Of a stretch of DNA of 9,344 nucleotides, positions 6,158 to 9,344 are shown in pieces. Each line of letters begins with the position of its first letter. The stretch's first letter is position 1. The position numbers and the translations under genes are program-made. The stretch comes from Leidyana gryllorum EB-2025a. Its lineage: Eukaryota > Protista > Apicomplexa. The stretch lies in NCBI GenBank assembly GCA_048772705.1, contig JBLWGC010000094.1, positions 1 through 9,344 on the forward strand. Reading direction: 5' to 3'. The notes under the pieces were generated by a model that was not told the origin of the DNA, searched no databases, and saw only the letters and a list, made by a program, of their open reading frames with translations.

Positions 6158-6229
6158 TGATGCCGATGGGCCTCGGACCCACAACTCCCGGTTCCGAAGA
6201 CCGATGCTTATCCAGTAGGCCACCGCACC
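6158..6229 (-). pseudogene. tRNA-Arg(TCG) pseudogene
   Basis: TCGGT-CT TCG GA-ACCGG; T-loop TCCGAGG; 1-nt loss in D-arm; acceptor mismatch. Confidence 0.8.
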
Positions 6230-6337
6230 ATGGAGAGGCTTCGATCATCTCGATACTCGTGGAGTGAAAGAACGCTTCGATCTCAGAACCTCCCCCAAAC
6301 CGTTGTGAAAAAGTGCCAGCGAGCAAGAGATGTCGTC

Positions 6338-6419
6338 GGCAAGGTGGCCGAGTGGTTAAGGCGGCGGCCTGCTAAGCCGTTGGGTTCCACCCGCGTGAGT
6401 TCGAATCTCACCCTTGTCG
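6338..6419 (+). tRNA. trnS: tRNA-Ser(GCT), intact
   Basis: GGCAAGG/CCTTGTC, G73; GCGGC-CT GCT AA-GCCGT; long variable arm. Confidence 0.96.
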
Positions 6420-6600
6420 GTTGCATTTGAGAAAAAACGCAACTGCTTCAAGGATTTAAGTGAGCTTTCTGTCCCACCCAAATCCAACGCCTACGCTGGG
6501 CCCTTTATACAGGAGCCACTTAAAATATTTCAGAGGTCAGTAGAGACGCGTGTTGCGTGTGTCCAGTTGAGGAACAGACTCTTCTGGGATGGGCTGAGCC

Positions 6601-6672
6601 GGTTGCGTCGTGTAGTGGTTAGCACTGGAGACCCTGAATCTCCCGACCTGGGTTCGATTCGCGGCGCGACCT
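6601..6672 (+). pseudogene. tRNA-Gln(CTG), degenerate full-length copy
   Basis: GGTTGCG/CGCGACC; loop CC CTG AA (U33C); G9C; T-stem mismatch. Confidence 0.8.
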
Positions 6673-6734
6673 TGGAACTGGTCCTCACTACTCCCTGAAA
6701 CTTCGCCATGTCTTGGGCTGCGGGGACCATCCGT

Positions 6735-6751
6735 GCAGCAATGGTCTAGCG
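6735..6751 (+). pseudogene. 5' stub of tRNA-Val
   Basis: GCAGCAATGGTCTAGCG at the position syntenic with Val 5488. Confidence 0.6.
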
Positions 6752-6812
6752 TTGTATCGGCACTCGGTCAGCCACTGGATGCAAAAGGTTTTCCATGTAG
6801 AGCGGCAACTAT

Positions 6813-6885
6813 GGGCGGCTAGCTCAGATGGTAGAGCGCTCGCTTTGCATGCGAGAGGTACTGGGATCGATACCCAGGTCGTCCA
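6813..6885 (+). tRNA. trnA: tRNA-Ala(TGC), intact
   Basis: GGGCGGC/GTCGTCC with G3:U70; CTCGC-TT TGC AT-GCGAG. Confidence 0.96.
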
Positions 6886-6896
6886 AACTCAGTAGG

Positions 6897-6947
6897 GCGA
6901 CTTTGTGGTAAACAGCTACACCGCTTTGCCGACTGAGCTACAAGACG
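6897..6947 (-). pseudogene. tRNA-Asn relic lacking 3' part
   Basis: Aligns to 9025-9074; T-arm missing. Confidence 0.78.
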
Positions 6948-6958
6948 CAGTTGCAATG

Positions 6959-7001
6959 TTCTTCCAAGCGAGGAAAAATCATACCTGCAGACCAAACAGC
7001 C
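6959..7001 (-). pseudogene. tRNA-Pro 5'-half relic
   Basis: AATCATACC..AGACCAAACAGCC (plus strand) matches Pro 5' half. Confidence 0.7.
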
Positions 7002-7073
7002 CCTGGTCGGGCCTCGTGCCGAAGCTTGTCAGCGTCTCTGTCAATCTGCCACGGCTGTTTGAGGCGTGCCTCC

Positions 7074-7144
7074 TGCGTCTGCCGGGAATCGAACCTGGGT
7101 CGTCTCGGTGGCAACGACACATTCTACCACTAGACCACAGATGC
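7074..7144 (-). pseudogene. tRNA-Gly(GCC), degenerate
   Basis: Full length; single mismatches in acceptor, anticodon and T stems. Confidence 0.8.
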
Positions 7145-7248
7145 ATGACTCGTTGTTGTTCAAGCTCGTGCACAATAACGGCCGTTTTGCTTCAAATGAG
7201 AAGACAGCATCGAGTTGAGCGAGTATGACGGGTAGTTTGTGGGTACGT

Positions 7249-7320
7249 GGGTACGTAGCTCAGTGGTAGAGCAGCTGACTGCAGATCAGCAAGTCCGTGG
7301 TTCAACTCCGCGCGTGCCCT
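7249..7320 (+). tRNA. trnC: tRNA-Cys(GCA), intact
   Basis: GGGTACG/CGTGCCC, U73; GCTGA-CT GCA GA-TCAGC; 8-bp tandem duplication GTGGGTAC overlaps its 5' end (7239-7254). Confidence 0.95.
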
Positions 7321-7401
7321 GAAGATGGTTTGGAACGATCGGAGATGTTGGACCTCCATTCCTGACCACAAGGCAATTAGTTTGGAACGGGAGATGGTTT
7401 T

Positions 7402-7473
7402 GGGCCTATGGCGCAATGGTAGCGCGTCTGACTCCAGATCAGAAGGTTGGGTGTTCGAATCACTCTGGGCTCA
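7402..7473 (+). tRNA. trnW: tRNA-Trp(CCA), intact
   Basis: GGGCCTA/TGGGCTC; TCTGA-CT CCA GA-TCAGA; GGGTG-TTCGAAT-CACTC. Confidence 0.96.
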
Positions 7474-7486
7474 ACCGTACTCTATG

Positions 7487-7491
7487 TTTTT
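7487..7491 (+). terminator. possible Pol III oligo-T terminator for tRNA-Trp
   Basis: T5 run 13 nt downstream of the Trp gene. Confidence 0.45.
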
Positions 7492-7509
7492 CCCGTTTGG
7501 GGCGCAACC

Positions 7510-7588
7510 TGACAAAAGTGGGATTCGAACCACGACCTTTCGGACTCCGGTCTGAGCACAGCGCCTCAGACCACTTGGTCATCTTGCC
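7510..7588 (-). pseudogene. tRNA-Leu(CAG) pseudogene
   Basis: Leu body; loop CT CAG AC; mismatches in D and anticodon stems; 1-nt loss in T-stem. Confidence 0.85.
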
Positions 7589-7681
7589 GGGATGTTGTTG
7601 GCTCGCCGCTCCACGCGTTTTCTATCCCTGGAATCTCAAGATGGAAGGACTTTTGGGGTTTCAGGCCGGTGTGTTGGAGCG

Positions 7682-7753
7682 TCCGAGATAGTATAGTGGT
7701 TAGTATTTCCGCCTGTCACGCGGAAGACCCGGGTCCGATTCCCGGTCTCGGAG
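7682..7753 (+). tRNA. trnD: tRNA-Asp(GTC) with U55C
   Basis: TCCGAGA/TCTCGGA, G73; all stems pair; T-loop TCCGATT. Confidence 0.87.
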
Positions 7754-7872
7754 CAGTTCCAGCCCTCACAACGGGTGCAACTCAGATTTTGTCTCAGCTG
7801 GTCTGGACTCATCCTGGATTATACGAGTGGGAGCCGCGTATGGTAGCCGACCTTGGAGAGACGTGGCATTCA

Positions 7873-7986
7873 GTCAACAACTATCAGACGGGCTCTTCTG
7901 GGAATCGAACACGGGCCTTCTTCCACCCGAAAGAAGAATCATACCACTAGACCAAACAGCCGCCTGTCGGTCGTGCAAACCGCTGA
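7873..7986. repeat. Segmental duplication around tRNA-Pro; direct copy at ~8651-8764
   Basis: Shared flanks GTCAACAACTATCAGAC and TCGGTCGTG..CCGCTGA. Confidence 0.88.
7890..7961 (-). pseudogene. tRNA-Pro(CGG), degenerate
   Basis: CTTCT-TT CGG GT-GGAAG; T-stem and acceptor mismatches. Confidence 0.8.
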
Positions 7987-8025
7987 GGACACTTGAGATA
8001 GTGACACCAAACGTCACAACGTCTC

Positions 8026-8098
8026 TGCCTCGGCCGTGGATCGAACACGGGACTTCCAGATCTTCAGTCTGGCGCTCTCCCAACTGAGCTACCGAGGC
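8026..8098 (-). tRNA. trnF: tRNA-Phe(GAA), intact
   Basis: GCCTCGG/CCGAGGC; D-loop AGTTGGGA (G20); CCAGA-CT GAA GA-TCTGG. Confidence 0.97.
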
Positions 8099-8186
8099 GG
8101 TAGGTAGTCACGGAAGGCGATGAAAATAAGCACTCACCGCGGCGGTATGTGGGGCCACTCCTCGCCGCATGGCGAAATCGACAGTA

Positions 8187-8220
8187 GCCAACTTGCCCGA
8201 GTGGGGAAGGGGGGTAGATT
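8187..8220 (+). pseudogene. 5' half of an inversion-split tRNA-Ser(AGA)
   Basis: GCCAACTTGCCCGAGTGG..AAGGGGG..TAGA with the Ser upstream flank before it. Confidence 0.75.
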
Positions 8221-8266
8221 GGAATTCATGCGTAAGTTGGTGTCTGACCCCTCCAATCACATCGCA

Positions 8267-8310
8267 CGACAACTGCTGGATCTGCACCAGCGCGGCCCAG
8301 GCCCAGTTGA
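8267..8310 (-). pseudogene. 3' half of an inversion-split tRNA-Ser(AGA)
   Basis: CGACAACTGCTGGATCTGCACCAGCGCGGCCCAGGCCCAGT matches the 3' halves of Ser 975 and 4187. Confidence 0.8.
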
Positions 8311-8362
8311 ATTCTGTGGTGGAAATGATGGCTTTGGTACCCACCAGCCTCACTTGAAGATT

Positions 8363-8435
8363 GTCCGGGTCGTCTAGGTGCTTACAACAGCAAGTTGTGG
8401 CCGTGCATACCCAGGCCCGAATCCTGGTTTGGATA
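8363..8435 (+). pseudogene. tRNA-His(GTG) pseudogene
   Basis: GTCCGGG/TTTGGAT; GCAAG-TT GTG GC-CGTGC; CCAGG-CCCGAAT-CCTGG; D-arm degenerate. Confidence 0.7.
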
Positions 8436-8556
8436 GTATGTCCCCGATGTCTCGAACGGGAGATGTGGGTGAAGTCTGCCCAGACCCACCATCGGGCGTA
8501 GCTGCCCATGTCCTGTCTCGATCGCTACACACTCCCATTTGACGGCTCCGCTAGTC

Positions 8557-8629
8557 GGCGCTATGGCCTAATGGATATGGCATCGGTCTACGGAACCGGG
8601 GATTCTGGGTTCGAGTCCCAGTAGCGTCT
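8557..8629 (+). tRNA. trnR: tRNA-Arg(ACG), intact or near intact
   Basis: GGCGCTA/TAGCGTC; TCGGT-CT ACG GA-ACCGG; CTGGG-TTCGAGT-CCCAG. Confidence 0.93.
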
Positions 8630-8667
8630 GGGCGAATTGCAGCCTGTTGCGTCAACAACTATCAGAC

Positions 8668-8739
8668 GGGCTGTTCTGGGAATCGAAGCCACGACTCCTT
8701 CCACCCAAAGGAAGAATCATACCACTAGACCAATCAGCC
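8668..8739 (-). pseudogene. tRNA-Pro(TGG), degenerate
   Basis: CTTCC-TT TGG GT-GGAAG; T-stem GTGGC/CCCAG broken (G53C); acceptor mismatch. Confidence 0.8.
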
Positions 8740-8827
8740 GCCTCTCGGTCGTGAAACCCGCTGAATACAGTCGAGAGAGTGGTCATACGGTGTTGAGAAC
8801 AAAAAAATGCGATGGGGTCTGCACAAC

Positions 8828-8900
8828 GGGCGACTAGCTCAAATGGTAGGGCGCTCGCTTAGCATGCGAGAGGTACTGGGATCGATGCCCAGGTCGTCCA
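8828..8900 (+). tRNA. trnA: tRNA-Ala(AGC), intact
   Basis: One difference from 214-286 (D-stem GGGC). Confidence 0.94.
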
Positions 8901-8912
8901 AACTTCGTAGTC

Positions 8913-8973
8913 TGCAATTGCCGGTATTTAAATACATATTTACGACCTTGGAAGGGTCCAAGAGCACAAGTGC
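8913..8973 (-). pseudogene. tRNA-Gly(TCC) relic
   Basis: TTACGACCTTGGAAGGGTC (8940-8958) identical to 5890-5908; ends TGCAATTGCCGG and CAAGTGC; D-loop region deleted. Confidence 0.7.
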
Positions 8974-9001
8974 CGTCTAGAGAGTACGGTGCCGCAGCAC
9001 C

Positions 9002-9074
9002 CGGTCCTGGCAGGTTTCGAACCTGCGACTTTGTGGTTAACAGCCACACGCTCTGCCGACTGAGCTACAAGACC
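9002..9074 (-). tRNA. trnN: tRNA-Asn(GTT), intact
   Basis: Two differences from 41-113, both in loops. Confidence 0.96.
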
Positions 9075-9090
9075 CAGTGAAGTCTCACTA

Positions 9091-9163
9091 GGGAGTGTAG
9101 CGCAGTCGGTAGCGCGTAGGTCTCATAATCTTGAAGTCGAGAGTTCGATCCTCTCCACTCCCA
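9091..9163 (+). tRNA. trnM: elongator tRNA-Met(CAT), intact
   Basis: GGGAGTG/CACTCCC; TAGGT-CT CAT AA-TCTTG with U31:U39; T-loop TTCGATC. Confidence 0.95.
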
Positions 9164-9207
9164 CGGTCGGAATCGGAACCGCCGACAAACTCATCATGCT
9201 ATCATTT

Positions 9208-9278
9208 TGCATCCGTCGGGAATCCCACACGGGTTATCTCGATGGCAGCGAGCGACTCTTCCACTAGACCACAGATGC
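9208..9278 (-). pseudogene. tRNA-Gly(GCC) pseudogene
   Basis: 5' GCATCTGTGGTCTAGTGG intact; T-loop destroyed. Confidence 0.8.
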
Positions 9279-9344
9279 AGAACACAATCTTGTGAATCTT
9301 GTACGTGGTGACAGCCATTCCTTATAAGCCTATCGATGCATCAA

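Noticed and set aside
7328-7397. Short imperfect direct repeat GTTTGGAACG..GGAGATG between Cys and Trp (similar to 8455-8465)
   Set aside because: Short, with no consistent position relative to genes and no supportable function.
7790-7860. Possible tRNA-Ile relic (CTCAGCTGGTC..TTATA)
   Set aside because: No stems or T-loop could be folded.
56-9049. All ORFs in the supplied track
   Set aside because: They are short, overlap tRNA genes in arbitrary frames and strands, and have no recognisable domains. Recurrent peptides (e.g. 1076-1372 vs 4287-4586) only reflect DNA duplication, and a frameshift separates those two copies.
1-9344. Bacterial, phage or organellar tRNA operon
   Set aside because: Genes lie on both strands, lack CCA, and show eukaryote-type features (multiple A34 anticodons, iMet A1:U72 with A54/A60, Tyr C1:G72 with intron, Phe G20).
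1-9344. CRISPR array or tRNA-derived SINE cluster
   Set aside because: There is no constant repeat with unique spacers. The elements are many different isotypes with no common SINE body, A-rich tail or target-site duplications.

Overview
This window is non-coding eukaryotic nuclear-type DNA made almost entirely of tRNA genes and their decayed copies. By hand I count about 66 tRNA-derived elements in 9.3 kb (about one per 140 bp) on both strands. They cover 19 amino acids (all but Ile), including both initiator and elongator Met. Roughly 25 fold as intact or near-intact cloverleaves; the rest are pseudogenes, truncated stubs or anticodon-shifted variants. Eukaryotic signatures are the lack of encoded CCA, A34 anticodons (Ala-AGC, Thr-AGT, Ser-AGA, Leu-AAG, Arg-ACG), an initiator Met with A1:U72 and A54/A60, and a Tyr with C1:G72 and a 37/38 intron. 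The array is not a simple tandem repeat. It is a mosaic of 0.1-1.1 kb direct and inverted segmental duplications whose junctions often fall in or at tRNA genes. Syntenic paralogues repeatedly differ at the wobble base, and most intact genes lack an oligo-T Pol III terminator. No listed ORF looks like a real protein. The host lineage cannot be determined from this window alone. All calls were folded and aligned by eye.
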